Assembly (NCBI GenBank): GCA_964016885.1
Contig: OZ024740.1
Coordinates: 262,508,001-262,572,000, forward strand
DNA: 64,000 nucleotides
Origin: Eledone cirrhosa
Taxonomy: Eukaryota
Reading direction: 5' to 3'
Shown here: in pieces, positions 1-11,715 of the stretch
How positions within the stretch are numbered: position 1 is the first letter of the stretch
Layout of the letters: each line of letters begins with the position of its first letter
Notes under the pieces: model-generated
Told to the model about the DNA's origin: nothing
The model's database searches: none
Seen by the model: only the letters and a program-made list of their open reading frames with translations
Translations under genes and position numbers: made by a program

Positions 1-870
1 AAAGCTGAATAAATGAAGTTTTTCACCTAGTGCGGGCCCAAGGCCATGAAAAAGTTTGATTTTCCTTGCTCACGGTATGAAGAAGAGACAGACTAATACA
101 TAGTTACAATTTCAAGGAAATCGGTCTGACGTAACGCGTTAAAATACCCCTAAAAACTGAAAAAAGCGCAGTTTTTCACCTAATGTGGGCCGTAGGAGAT
201 CAAATAGTTGAATTTTTTATGTGCATAACACTCTCAGAAACATAACCCGGGCCACCAACAGACATAATCTTAGAAAAACTGCATGCCTGGACAATATGTA
301 AAGAAAATAAACCGAATACTCTGATGCAATTAGTATTAGGTATGCTTATCCTTCCACGTGGAAAATATCGGCTTGGTGCTTTTGTACTTTAATAAAGTGG
401 CATGAGTCAGCAAGACAGATATCACCACTTATGTCAGAGGGAAATCTGCAATGCTTGAGCAAGGCATGAAATGCAATCGGACAACATGTGGAGCCTTCTC
501 GAAGGAGTCCACCGCACCTTAGTAAGTAAACACAACTGGAAAAACGTTTACCAAACTGTGGGTATAATTTAACAAATTTAGAGAGGAATGGTGCAATAAA
601 ATGGGCCCCGAGGCGTGTGTGTGTTCACTGGCACCCCTAAACAAAAGGGTCGCCATCAGTTATTTCAAGGGCCCTTAAAATAGCCTTGTAAGCCGTACAC
701 TGACACTCCAGTAAGGAGGGGTAATCATCAACAATTTGAAGTTATATTTGCTCAGAACACTCCCTGAAACATAAGTATTATATGTGTAAAGTTTGAAAAC
801 AGTCGCTTGGGTGGTTCTCGAGTTTTAGGGATTCAAACTCACACACACACAGACAGATATCCTCAGTTTT
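1..870. mobile_element. Non-autonomous Helitron/Helentron-like element end with diverged ~153-bp internal repeats
   Basis: Ends in gtgtaaagtttgaaaac...ctcgagtt...acacacagacagatatcctcagtttt(at)n, a terminus style typical of DINE-1/Lep1-like rolling-circle elements. The motif ttttcacctartgygggcc occurs at ~20 and ~173. Confidence 0.45.
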
Positions 871-1023
871 ATATATATATATATATATATATACACTTAC
901 GGTAAATATTGATGCAATTCAAATCAAGCACTCTACGTAATATTTCGACATAGGAACGGCGGAGTATATATAGAATAAGAAAATGCGAAGTAGTTGTAGA
1001 TGTTAAAGTCCTTTATTGATAAG

Positions 1024-1098
1024 GCTGTGATATATATTTCAATGACGACAGTGGCCACGCGATTCTACCTAACTAGTGCCATGATCTCATCAGGCAGC
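1024..1098 (-). ncRNA. Type-I hammerhead ribozyme
   Basis: Minus strand reads gctgc CUGAUGA gatcatggca...tgtcgtcatt GAAA tatata UC acagc. Core intact, palindromic stem III, about 10-bp stem II. Confidence 0.75.
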
Positions 1099-1267
1099 TT
1101 CTTACATATTAAGGTTATATTATCAAGGTAATCAAAATTAAAACGAAAAGAGAATGGACAAAGATGATGTTCTTGATAAGGGAACGGACGAAGGCTTCAA
1201 GAACACCATCTTTGTCCGTTCCCTTGTCGCTTTAATTTGGATTGCCTCAAAAAACGTAATGTAAGAA

Positions 1268-1342
1268 GCTATCTGATGAGATCATGGCACTGGTTAGGCG
1301 GAATCACGTGGTCACTGTCGTCATTGAAATATGTATCGCAGC
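1268..1342 (+). ncRNA. Type-I hammerhead ribozyme (other arm)
   Basis: gctat CUGAUGA g...att GAAA tatgta UC gcagc. The consensus of the two arms gives a perfect stem I, gctgc/gcagc. Confidence 0.72.
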
Positions 1343-1406
1343 CGTACCAATAAAGGACTTACATTTGAAAGCACTTCGCATTTTCTTATTGTATATTGTA
1401 TATTGT

Positions 1407-1458
<52 letters not shown>

Positions 1459-1486
1459 TATTTATAGTGATATTGGGGTTTCCTTG

Positions 1487-1804
1487 TACAGATGAAAGAA
1501 GCTCGATGCTATCCAGTTTTCTTAATACACTAATAATTCAAAGTCTGCTGAGGATTTCCCCAGCCGTTGGAAATTCTGTTGTAGACTGCAGGGCTCGAAA
1601 TTTATTAATAGAGAGAGCATAACCAAGTTAAACTTAAAAAATAACTTTAATCCTACATACGTTTTAATGTAGAGAGGTGGGCCAAACCAAGTTACATACG
1701 AGGTATCTGTCCGTTGGTCTACATATCTTCAGGAATTTAGATATTGTTTGAAGTTTCAAGAGTATTACATCCAACAGCTAACTCCATACCATAGATAATG
1801 TTGA
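1487..1804 (+). repeat. Dispersed ~320-bp repeat, copy 1 (HHR-like motif at 1542-1587)
   Basis: Near-identical to 5574-5885. Confidence 0.85.
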
Positions 1805-2164
1805 TATCGTTCCAATTAATGCATTGCAATTTATAAGCGCAACCAAAAGCAATAGTAAAGCAGTATTAAAAATAATATATCAAAATGTAGTACTTGTGTA
1901 CATTCATACATTTACATGAGAATATGAGTATGCATATTGACTAGAATATAGAAAGAGGACAATAGTGAGTCAATTATGCGTTAGGCGTATAAAAATATAT
2001 ATAATAATACAAAAATGGAAAAGAAAGTTTATAATTTCATAAGAATTCTAGTTTAAGAATATTTTTTCCAACGATAAAACAAGTCTTTAATAGGAAAACG
2101 CAAGTATCAATATTATTTATTGTTAAATAATATAATACAATACAATAAAATATAAATATATACA

Positions 2165-2313
2165 TATAGAAAGATAGATAATTAAACAATTATTTAGCAG
2201 AATTACATTGATTTATATATTAGAATGCACTCCAAATGTAAATATAGAAAGATAGATAATTAAACAATTATTTAGCAGAATTACATTGATTTATATATTA
2301 GAATGCACTCCAA
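2165..2313. repeat. ~78-bp tandem duplication
   Basis: tatagaaagatagataattaaacaa...gaatgcactccaa occurs twice. Confidence 0.9.
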
Positions 2314-2526
2314 TGAAAACACAATGTTAGAATTATTATTATCAATTTAATTTAATGGAACTGAAAATATGTATTATAATAATTAAGTAAATAATTAGAC
2401 TACAAATCTACCCTGCATCTAGATGAAAAGTATCTTCGTAATTACTATTACTATTCTCCACTAACATAATTTTGAAATTTACGCCAAATTGTAATATATA
2501 TGTCGGTATATTCCCGACTGTAGACG

Positions 2527-2588
<62 letters not shown>

Positions 2589-3682
2589 GAATGCAGAGCT
2601 TGACTGCGTCGCTATTCGGAGTTAGTTAATTCTCAGTTAACTAATGTTGGGATATATATGTTGCACTGTTAAGTTTAATGATAATATAATGAAAATAATT
2701 TGACGGGAAAGATTTCACATAAAGATGTATAAATTCTAAAGAGAATTTTTACAACTAACACATTTCTTTATAAAATATTCCCATGAAAAATATTTATGAC
2801 CAACTCTATGTGTAAACACACAAAAATGTAAAAACCAATGATTTGTAAATGGGATACTCTTCTAATGTTGGACGACCTCCATCGGCTCCGGTGTGGAGAG
2901 TTCCTATATTTGAGTTAAATGGAAAAGCTGCAAGTGGCTGTAGAGTCCAGAAGCACGTTTACTTTCAACGTAATTCTCAGTGGTATTTAGTGTGAAGCAG
3001 TTTGTAACAAGGCATTTCTTTTGAATTACACATACAAACAATTTTTCCACGTTATTGGACTGGGCTGGAGTAACGTGAAATAAAATCCCTTGCTCAAGAA
3101 GAAAAAACCCATTGCCAGAAATTGAATTCACGACCTTATTATGATCATGAGACGAACAGCCCAATAACCAATACACTTGGCTTCACAATATTTCCAGCAG
3201 TCTTTGGCTGTAAAGGAGCATGGTTAAAATATATAAAGAATTGGAGCCAAATTGACTTAAATTTTAGTTTTGGTACAGATCCAATATTTATATAACAATG
3301 TTTTGTTCAGTGTCATTGTTATCTCTATAATAAGTTTTATAAAACAATTTATACTTCACTCATTACTCTGCACATCGCGTTAATGCTTATTCATCCGACT
3401 AACGTCTTCGTAGATTTCAGATTTATGTATGTTGTTCGCAATGAAGCTTATATATACTGAGATACTAAAATTTAAAATTTAATAAACATTAAGATATATG
3501 ACGAGAAAAGTGTAAGAAATATTAGCATCTATAGTAACACAATGTAACATTGCGTAGAGAGTCACAAAAGAGGAGATAAGAAAGAAATATAAAGATATAC
3601 AGAGAGGAAAGATAAAGATGGAGTGGAAAAATACGATGTAAGGTGTATTATGATAAATGTGATAAAGATTTTGTGTTAGCGT

Positions 3683-5090
3683 CTTCTTCTTCTTCTTCTT
3701 CTTCTTCTTCTTCTTCTTCTTCTTCTTCTTCTTCTTCTTCTTCCTGAGAGGGCCGTGGTGGCAGAATTCTGAAACACTCCTTCCAGCGGTTATCAAACCA
3801 TTTTGCTCGGGGTCTGCTCCTGGGTTTCCTGTTGGTTGGTTTTGCCCGTAAAATATGTCCAGCGATTCTCTCCTGAGACATTCTAACCACATGCCCATAG
3901 TGTTGGAGCTGCGCTCTCTTAATTCGGAGAAATAGCGGCTCTACTTGGAGTGACTCTCTGATCTCCGAGCTACGGACTCTATCGAGTAACGTTATTACAA
4001 GGACCCTTCAGTGGAACCCCATTTCGGCCGCTTGTATTTGTAATCATATTTCTTCAGTCATTAACCAAGGTTCGTGACCATACGTAAGGCATGAATACCG
4101 AATTGAAGATAGTGAGTTTGGCTTTTACACCTACCTCCCTTCTTCTGGTTACCAAATGCTGAAGCTAGTGCATTAATGCGCAGTCTTCCTTAAGAGGATG
4201 AGTGTCTCAATCTTCCCAGGACTGATTTTCGTTCTAGCCATGCAGCACAGATATTAAACCTGTTAAGTGCAGGTCGGAAATCACCTTCAGTCGAGTTAAA
4301 TAAAACCATGTCGTCTGCAAAATTCCAACCGACTGATTTTACACCCGCCTGTCGTGATATCACTTCAAACCCGGCTGCGCATGTCAATCCTGTTAACAAA
4401 AATAATGAATAGGAGAGGTGACAGAAGGAATCCCTGACGGATTCCGATTCCCACATTAAATGGTTTCATTTTAGCTCCATTTATCTGAACACAAATACTC
4501 GGGAATGCGTATAGAGACATCAGGGCAGCAAGAAGCTGAATATTGATCCCATCCTCCTGCACAACCTTTCACAGCAGGTCAGAGGTAAGTGGGCATATGT
4601 CTTTGCAAGATCTACACAAGAATATACCTTTTGGCAATACTCCCACAATTTCTGGTAGCCCTGCCGCAGTGTGAATATTTGCTCCACTCCTCCGTTCAGG
4701 GCGAAAACCACACTGTTCATCAGGAAGCTTGGATTCGATAATCTCCCTGCATCATTTTGCGAGATACATAGTATAGACTTTCCAGGGGAGGCTTAACAAG
4801 TAGTTTCATTTGTAACTGGAACAATTTCTCTTTTCTTCCTTTTAGAAAATTAGGATAATCACCCCCGATTGCCATCTCAGGTACCTTTCCAGAGATCCAG
4901 GCCACCCCGTACACACAAGTCAGCCAGAGACTACATTCTTCACTTAAGGCTTTTAACGTCTCGAGTCGGATTTCATCTTCCCCAGCAGCTTTATCACATT
5001 GGAGCTCTTTAACTACTCTTGTGACCACACCTTCCGAAAGATTATTCATCGCTCCCAGATTCACCTCATGTTCTTCTACATCAGAATACG
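3683..5090 (-). mobile_element. 5'-truncated, degenerate RTE-clade LINE (RT to 3' end) with (GAA)n tail
   Basis: Frameshifted motifs KAAGEDEIRLETLK, EQIFTLRQ, VDLAKTY, GIRQGFLLSPLLFIIF, FADDMVL, and C-terminal PRSRPRAKW...PPRP followed by (gaa)n at 3683-3743. Confidence 0.85.
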
Positions 5091-5230
5091 CTGTTGTGAT
5101 CGGCTTTAGCTAACCACACACACACACACACATATATATATGTATATAAATGAGATGAGCGGAACAAGCAAGCATTAAACAATCTTTTAAATAAATTAAA
5201 ATACGATTTAAATATTCATCTGTTCAAAAT

Positions 5231-5309
5231 GCTGTTACCGGCGGGTTCGCTTCACAAAAGATTGGAAATTCAGAGAATTTCCAATGTAAAGGTCAGCTCT
5301 TCAGACAGC
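5231..5309 (-). ncRNA. Hammerhead ribozyme with extended stem II (GAAA changed to GAAC)
   Basis: gctgt CUGAAGA gct...ttggaaattc tct gaatttccaa...agc GAAC ccgccgg UA acagc. Perfect 5-bp stem I. Confidence 0.6.
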
Positions 5310-5573
5310 TATTTCCATTCTACTTCTGGTTTGAAGTGATATCACGACTGGGTAAAAAGCCGCACAGTTTGTAAATATATCGCTTACTGCCCGATTTATG
5401 AGGTCAGGCCGTTAAAGTGACCCACACATAAACAGACCGTTAGTAAAAGCGGGAATATTATAGACTTGTCTGTCACGCTACTAACAAAAATAGCAGCAAG
5501 ATACAACATTTTCTTCTCTACACAGAGGGAGAATATACATAAAATGAGATTAATATCCGCACAGGTACTTAGC

Positions 5574-5885
5574 ACAGATGAAAGAATCTCGATGCTATCC
5601 AGTTTTCTTAATACACCAATAATTCAAAGTCTGCTGAGGATTTCCCCAGCCGTTGGAAATTCTGTTGCAGAGCTCGAAATAATATTAATAGAGAGAGCAT
5701 AACCAAGTTAAACTTAAAAAAATAACTTTAATCCTACATTCGTTTTAATGTAGAGAGGTGGGCCATACCAAGTTACATACGTGGTATCTGTCCATTGGTC
5801 TACATATCTTCAGGAATTTAGATATTGTTTGAAGTTTCAAGAGTATTACATCCAACAGCTAACTCCATACTATAGATAAAGTTGA
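5574..5885 (+). repeat. Dispersed ~320-bp repeat, copy 2, bracketed by a short inverted repeat
   Basis: Matches 1487-1804. 5533-5564 is the inverse of about 5917-5950. Confidence 0.85.
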
Positions 5886-6175
5886 CACCCTATATATTTC
5901 CGTAGGTACTTAGTATCTGTGGGGATATTAATCTCATTTTATATGTATATATAGTATTAATCTCATTTTATATGTATATATATATATAGGTGAAGAGGCG
6001 GGCTATGTGGTTACTGAAAACGAAGTGTTAAAAGGTAAACGGGAGGTAAACAAGAGAAGAAAAGTATCCCTTCATCACCTGTTTACTACATATCATAGAT
6101 GTTTCGGCGCTTAAAACAGAACATCGATCTGTATCACGCCCATGGACCTTTATCTATCAAAAGGCCATATATATA

Positions 6176-6268
<93 letters not shown>

Positions 6269-6446
6269 ATGTATATATATATTAAAATACCAGATTAAAG
6301 TTTAAGCAAAGAATCGGTGCTTTCACCCTTAACGGGATCTTCTGAAACTAAATAAAAACACATTTGCTCTAGGGTTCTTATATATTTGATATATATTTAT
6401 CCTTATCGAGCCCTCTTTGAATGTTAGTCTTCACATTTATTATTAT

Positions 6447-6507
<61 letters not shown>

Positions 6508-6508
<1 letters not shown>

Positions 6509-8509
6509 TAGCTGCAGTACCCGGTAATACCCGGGAAAGGTGGGGGTTATTCGCAGTTCTCAATGTGCGTCTGACGATGCTAGCGACCCAAGGTGCCCAT
6601 ACTAGATTTTCAATACCAACCTTTGCTAGGTGTATTTATGCCAGATTAATCTTTTGTGTGAAACTATTCAATAGCTGTTTAACTCATTAGTCCTTCTTCC
6701 ATCCAGCTTTCTTCATTCAGAGTGAATAAGCCGGAGAAGTTTGAGTTGCAAGAGTATCGAACTTATTCAACAAACTTATGTATAAGAATAGCAAACCGCT
6801 TAAGAACAAATACAGAACAATTGAGGAAGTGGTCGCAATTATGGAAGAAATTATAACTGAGTGAACATATTCAGGTACTGTTCAAGCATCCTGTATATCA
6901 CCGTTTGTAAAGCCCTTCGAATGACAGAAGCACTTCAATAAAACCAATTTAGACGTGTTATGGGGGCAATGAATGATGAGAGATCAGGGAAATGTGTGAC
7001 ATGGGGTGGTAAGTAAAGAGTGGGTGACATGGAATGCTTGATGGTGTATGGGTAACATAAGAAATAGGCGACGTGGTTTATTAGAACAGCATACCTGTGA
7101 ACGCCTTTGCCGCAATTTTCGTGTGCGTACAGTTTGAGAGTTCAACCTTGCTCGCTTTCTTAGTGGCATCGCGTTCTTATATTTCCGAGCTATAAGGTTA
7201 GGAGGAGAAGATATGGCTTTAAGTAAGGAGGAGGGGAGAATTCAAAAGGTCCATGGAGCAGTGGCTGTAGACAGGGGGGGGGGGGGTCATCAAACATCAA
7301 CCGTTACCCGGCTCATAATGGGGGAGAGGGAATCACATAAAAGGGGGGGGGGGGTCTCGAGGGTATTCCTCAGGCCACTAATCTTCTCATTGCTGTGAGT
7401 CATTTGTAAACACCTTCGTTTTTGTTTTCCGAACGAAGTTTCATCTCAAAAATGGCCGAAAACAATTAACATAGAGGTAACATGAATATATGCCGACATA
7501 CGATTTGATATTAATTCTTCTAAACAATGTCATAGTGAGCCAACTTCCAGGTCGTCGGTCATCGCATTGAATCTTATCAGCAGACCCCCGTTTGGTTACC
7601 GACTGCTGAAAGCTCCTGAACTACCCTAAATCGTCACCCTACGTCCTTTTTGCTTGATATAAGTAAGTTGGCCGATAGGAAAATCGAAAGAATTTAAATG
7701 TTAGTTCCGCACGTAACTGCGAAAACGGCACAAAATGACGATTCAGCATACTTCAGAAGTTTGACCGTAGTTGTTAACCAAGGAGGGGTTTGGGTGTGTG
7801 TGTGTGGGGGGGGGGTCATCTGATGAGCTGTGTTGCTAAGAAAATAAGCAACGAAACCGTTAATTGCTAATGACTCTTCTTGGCTTTCTGCATCCTGTCA
7901 TTGTAAGTGTAAGCGCCCACTACATGTAGGTTGCTTTGTGTAATGCTAAGTTAGTAAGTTCAAAACTTGGAGTTTAAGTGTTAAGAAATGGAATTGCTTT
8001 GATATAGTACTCTAACATAAAAGCATTAAACATAGGTTTTATTGAAAATCCAATATGGGCTTGCCAGGTAGTGTTAAGGTTGCAAGCAAAAAGTCTTACG
8101 TTTAAAAGGACAATTCGTGTAATGTAAATTCAATAGGGAACGCACGCGTTTATATACCAAGAACAATCTTCCCACGATCCGACACCTCGATATATCGACA
8201 AAATAACCTCATTTCTAATAAGTTGGAGGACTGAGTTGTAGTGGGAGGAATGGGAGTAGTGGGAGTGAGGGTTTAACGTACAGTAGTAGAATCTCCTCTT
8301 CCTCCTCTCTCATTGAAACGTCTTCTCCACTGTAAAGATGTCCCCAGGTGTTCCATTATTTATGTTTTATTAAAATCCAATTAGCCAGTCTTGTTTCTGA
8401 ATATTAGCTTAACATGTGTGTAAAGTTTCATCAGGGTCGGATCACTGGTTCAGGCGCCAACTCGTTATACACAGATTACACAGATACACAGACAGTCAGA
8501 TATTGCCAT

Positions 8510-8510
<1 letters not shown>
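6508..8510 (-). mobile_element. Non-autonomous Helitron-like element
   Basis: Minus-strand 3' end cccgg-gtatta-ccggg-tactgcag-CTAG|T (hairpin then CTAG, 6508-6535). The other end, gtgtaaagtttcatcag...acagacagtcagatatt, resembles the end at 780-870. Joining the two ends into one element is inferred. Confidence 0.55.
7813..7876 (+). ncRNA. Degenerate hammerhead ribozyme
   Basis: gggtcat CUGAUGA g...gttgct-loop-agcaac GAAA ccgttaattgc UA atgactc. Stem I and II pair; stem III is weak. Confidence 0.5.
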
Positions 8511-8567
<57 letters not shown>

Positions 8568-8691
8568 GTATGTATAGTATATTTGGCAATATACCGTATG
8601 TTTAATTTAAAACATTTAGAAGACCATACGCTATCAGTTTTAAAGTACTGACTATATCACTTATTTCTTTTCGGCGAAAGAAGGGAGAGGA

Positions 8692-8732
8692 GCTGACAGT
8701 CTGTTTCACGCTGGTTGGCGATCGTCAGAGCC
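8692..8732 (-). ncRNA. Minimal type-I hammerhead ribozyme
   Basis: ggct CUGACGA tcgc caacca gcgt GAAA cagactg UC agc. Confidence 0.72.
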
Positions 8733-8950
8733 ACGCACTCCCCTGCTTCCACCGAAAATTATAGAAGCTCGATTCTTATAGAATTCCAGTAATAATCAGG
8801 AGCTGATTATTCAGAGCGTTTGCCGGTCCAGCAAAAACTAGCAATTAGGATTGGTTCTGTGAACTAGAGATCTATACATGAATGTATGTATAGTACATTT
8901 GGCAATATACCATATGTTTAATTAACAACGGCAGAAGCAGGGGAGTGGGT

Positions 8951-8991
8951 GGCTTTGATGAACGCCAACCAGCGTGAAACAGACTATCAAC
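8951..8991 (+). ncRNA. Hammerhead ribozyme, mutated copy (C3>U)
   Basis: ggct UUGAUGA acgc caacca gcgt GAAA cagacta UC aac. Confidence 0.55.
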
Positions 8992-9118
8992 TTCTCACCC
9001 TCTTTCGCCGAAAAGAAGTAAGTAACATGGTCACTACTTTAAAACTGATAGCGTATGGTCTTCTAAATGCTTTTAATTAAACATACGGTATATTGCCAAA
9101 TATACTATACATACATTC

Positions 9119-9171
<53 letters not shown>

Positions 9172-10226
9172 AGTATTTGTGTGTGTGTGTGTGCGTGTGT
9201 GTATGGTTAGCTACGCCTGAAATATAACTACACCTCTGCTAGCAACATCCCGAATTTATTTTCCGCCAATACAATATATATATGTAAATACAATAGTACT
9301 CCAAGCTCCTTCATTTAACCACCCAAGCTTCAATTTGGCTAACGTACGTTCATGTCTGATTAACAGAAAATGCCTCAACTGTGAGTTGGTATATCGCGCT
9401 GATTTGAAGTCGGATGACAAAGATAGACACTTTATTAAGGATTAACAGTGCAGACACACGCGACGCAGTATTTGTTTTAGTTACCCGGTAAAAATATGTT
9501 AAATGCCTAAAGATACAGGCATAACACATTTAAGATGCTGTGGTCACTGGCGGAATTTGCTAACCAATATTCTTGAGGATCTGTATCTAGCTGCCTTTGA
9601 ACATGTGAAAAGTTCTATATAATAATATCTCCTTTCACGTTGTTGAATTGAAAGGGAGAAATAATTTCGAAACACTATCGCCAAAATATGTTTATTATAG
9701 AAAACATTATTCCACCTACAGATTGAATATATGGCAATTTTATATCATTTTCGCAGTTCCCGGAAGCGCTATAAATATCCTATCATATGGATATGTAGAG
9801 TACTTATTCTTCCTAACGGGCATTTGTCTCACAAACTCTCTAGTAAGTGGATTTGTTCAAAGGTATTTCACAAGATAATGAAACTTGTTAGAGAACGGAT
9901 ATCCTTTCTTCCCATAACTGTACGTTTGCTATTTTATTTTGTTTTATTCATTTAAGCGCTGATCAGCTCTATCATCTCTCTAGTCAATATATATCCCTAC
10001 CCAACTCAACATTCTTTTTCATTTATTTTTTCTATTATTCTTTATATTTTTTTAACATTCTGTGAACACCAATATATTCACCCAATCAATTTCCTTGCTT
10101 CTTTCCTTATGTATTTACTGAGTTCCGTAAGCAAACATACATGGTACATGGTCTTGTTCGTTGTGCACCTCTCCCTAAAATATACTCTTTCCTAATAACG
10201 TTACCCATCTACTGTATTATCGTAAT

Positions 10227-10388
10227 TTTACAATTTTTATCTCTGTCTACATGTCTATTCTTTTCCCAATCTTTTCTTCTTATGAGTCTTTATTATTTTC
10301 TTTCATTACAATTTTTATCTCTGTCTACATGTCTATTCTTTTCCCAATCTTTTCTTCTTATGAGTCTTTATTATTTTCTTTCATTACG
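10227..10388. repeat. 78-bp tandem duplication
   Basis: ttacaatttttatctctgtctacatg...ttctttcatt occurs twice; also visible as a duplicated peptide in ORF 10141..10512. Confidence 0.9.
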
Positions 10389-10562
10389 GGGTAATTGCTG
10401 GCCTTGTGCCAATAGTAGAAACAATTATTTTCTTTCTCTTCTGAGTTCAAATCCCGCCAAGGTTAACTTTGCCTTTCATCCTTACGGGGTCGATAAAATA
10501 AAGTACCAGTAATGCACTGGGTAATTGCTGACCTTGTGCCTAAAGTAGAAACAATTATTTTC
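10389..10562 (+). mobile_element. SINE fragments (same family as the copies below)
   Basis: ctgagttcaaatcccgcc...gcctttcatccttacggggtcgataaaataaagtaccag...gtagaaacaattatt. Confidence 0.85.
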
Positions 10563-11479
10563 TTTCTCTTTGTCGTTCTAAGTTTCCTTTTCGTTCTCTT
10601 TTATACATGCCTCATTGACTTACAGATTGTTTACTCTAATATGTTTATGTCAAAGCTTCAAAATGAAACGTATTGTCAACTGTTGAAACTTTTAGTAACA
10701 TGGTATTCATAAGCTTCGTTTCGACCAAAGACAATACTTGTTTGTAATTTACAATGAAAGTAAGTTAACTTTCATCGAAAATGGATAACACCATATTAAG
10801 AATCTGAAAATTAGTCATTTTGGAAGCCTCTACAATAGTGTTGGATAAATCTCCAGGTAACAAAATGAGGTGGCAGCAGGAAGAAAGGTGATTGGAGGTC
10901 TATGGATCAAGAAAGCACTTTTAATCAAATGGTTGTACCGACAAACAACAACAGATCCGAAAGGAGCGAAACTCGGTGGCTGATCAAACCCGAACGACAA
11001 CATACACACACAATAACAGACGGAGGAGCGAATGAATGTTAGTGTACATTTCGCTCGCCTGCCGCTATACAAACAAAGGGATAGGCTCTGCTGCTATACT
11101 GTAAATGTTCAACCTGAGTAGTGAACGGCACCGCAAATATAACCGTCACCTCAACTGGGTCAACTCTCTTTAACATCACACAAAAACACATAGAAACAGA
11201 AACAGGTTTCATAAAATTTAAAATAACTTTAAAGTAATTTCTCCGAGAAACTCCCTACATCATGATATGTCTCTGTAAACAATAACTCTCAAATTGAGGG
11301 AATCATGGTTTCGAAAACAAGACTAATACCATTGTAGTATGTTATAATGTTTTCTCTATTATTGATATCACAGATGTTTACATATATATATCATCATCAT
11401 ATTTTTTCGTCAATTTTTCCACGTTTGCATGAGTATTTATACATAATATCAAACCACACACACACACATGCACACATAC

Positions 11480-11625
<146 letters not shown>

Positions 11626-11666
11626 GTGAGATTGTGAGAAAAACCACAGACCCTCCATCTCAATTC

Positions 11667-11706
11667 TATTTTTGAAGAGCAGAAGAACTGCGAAACCGGT
11701 AAAGGA
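11667..11706 (+). ncRNA. Degenerate minimal hammerhead (C3>U) followed by AATAAA
   Basis: UUGAAGA gcag aagaa ctgc GAAA ccgg UA aagga. Palindromic ACCGGT stem III. Confidence 0.55.
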
Positions 11707-11715
11707 ACCAAATAA

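Larger units (their letters stand above)
967..1395. mobile_element. Fold-back (inverted repeat) PLE-terminus derivative with an HHR on each arm
   Basis: 967-1180 is the reverse complement of about 1195-1395, roughly 10% diverged and mostly by transitions. Ends at (TA)n. Confidence 0.8.
8567..9125. mobile_element. Fold-back PLE-terminus derivative (long inverted arm, spacer, short inverted arm, forward copy)
   Basis: 8567-8750 and 8873-8925 are both inverse copies of parts of 8933-9125. Flanked by (TA)n. Confidence 0.8.

Noticed and set aside
967-1395. A-to-I editing signature fixed between hairpin arms
   Set aside because: Arm differences are transitions in both directions, several at CpG, consistent with ordinary decay.
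2849-3100. Possible BED-finger or hAT transposase remnant (VGRPPSAPVWR...)
   Set aside because: The Cys/His pattern is not recoverable, there are stops, and no terminal inverted repeats were seen.
6300-6345. Minus-strand cAGAAGA-tccc-gttaa-gggt-GAAA hammerhead-like motif (similar partial motifs near 6095 and 9575)
   Set aside because: Core is mutated and there is no convincing stem I or III.
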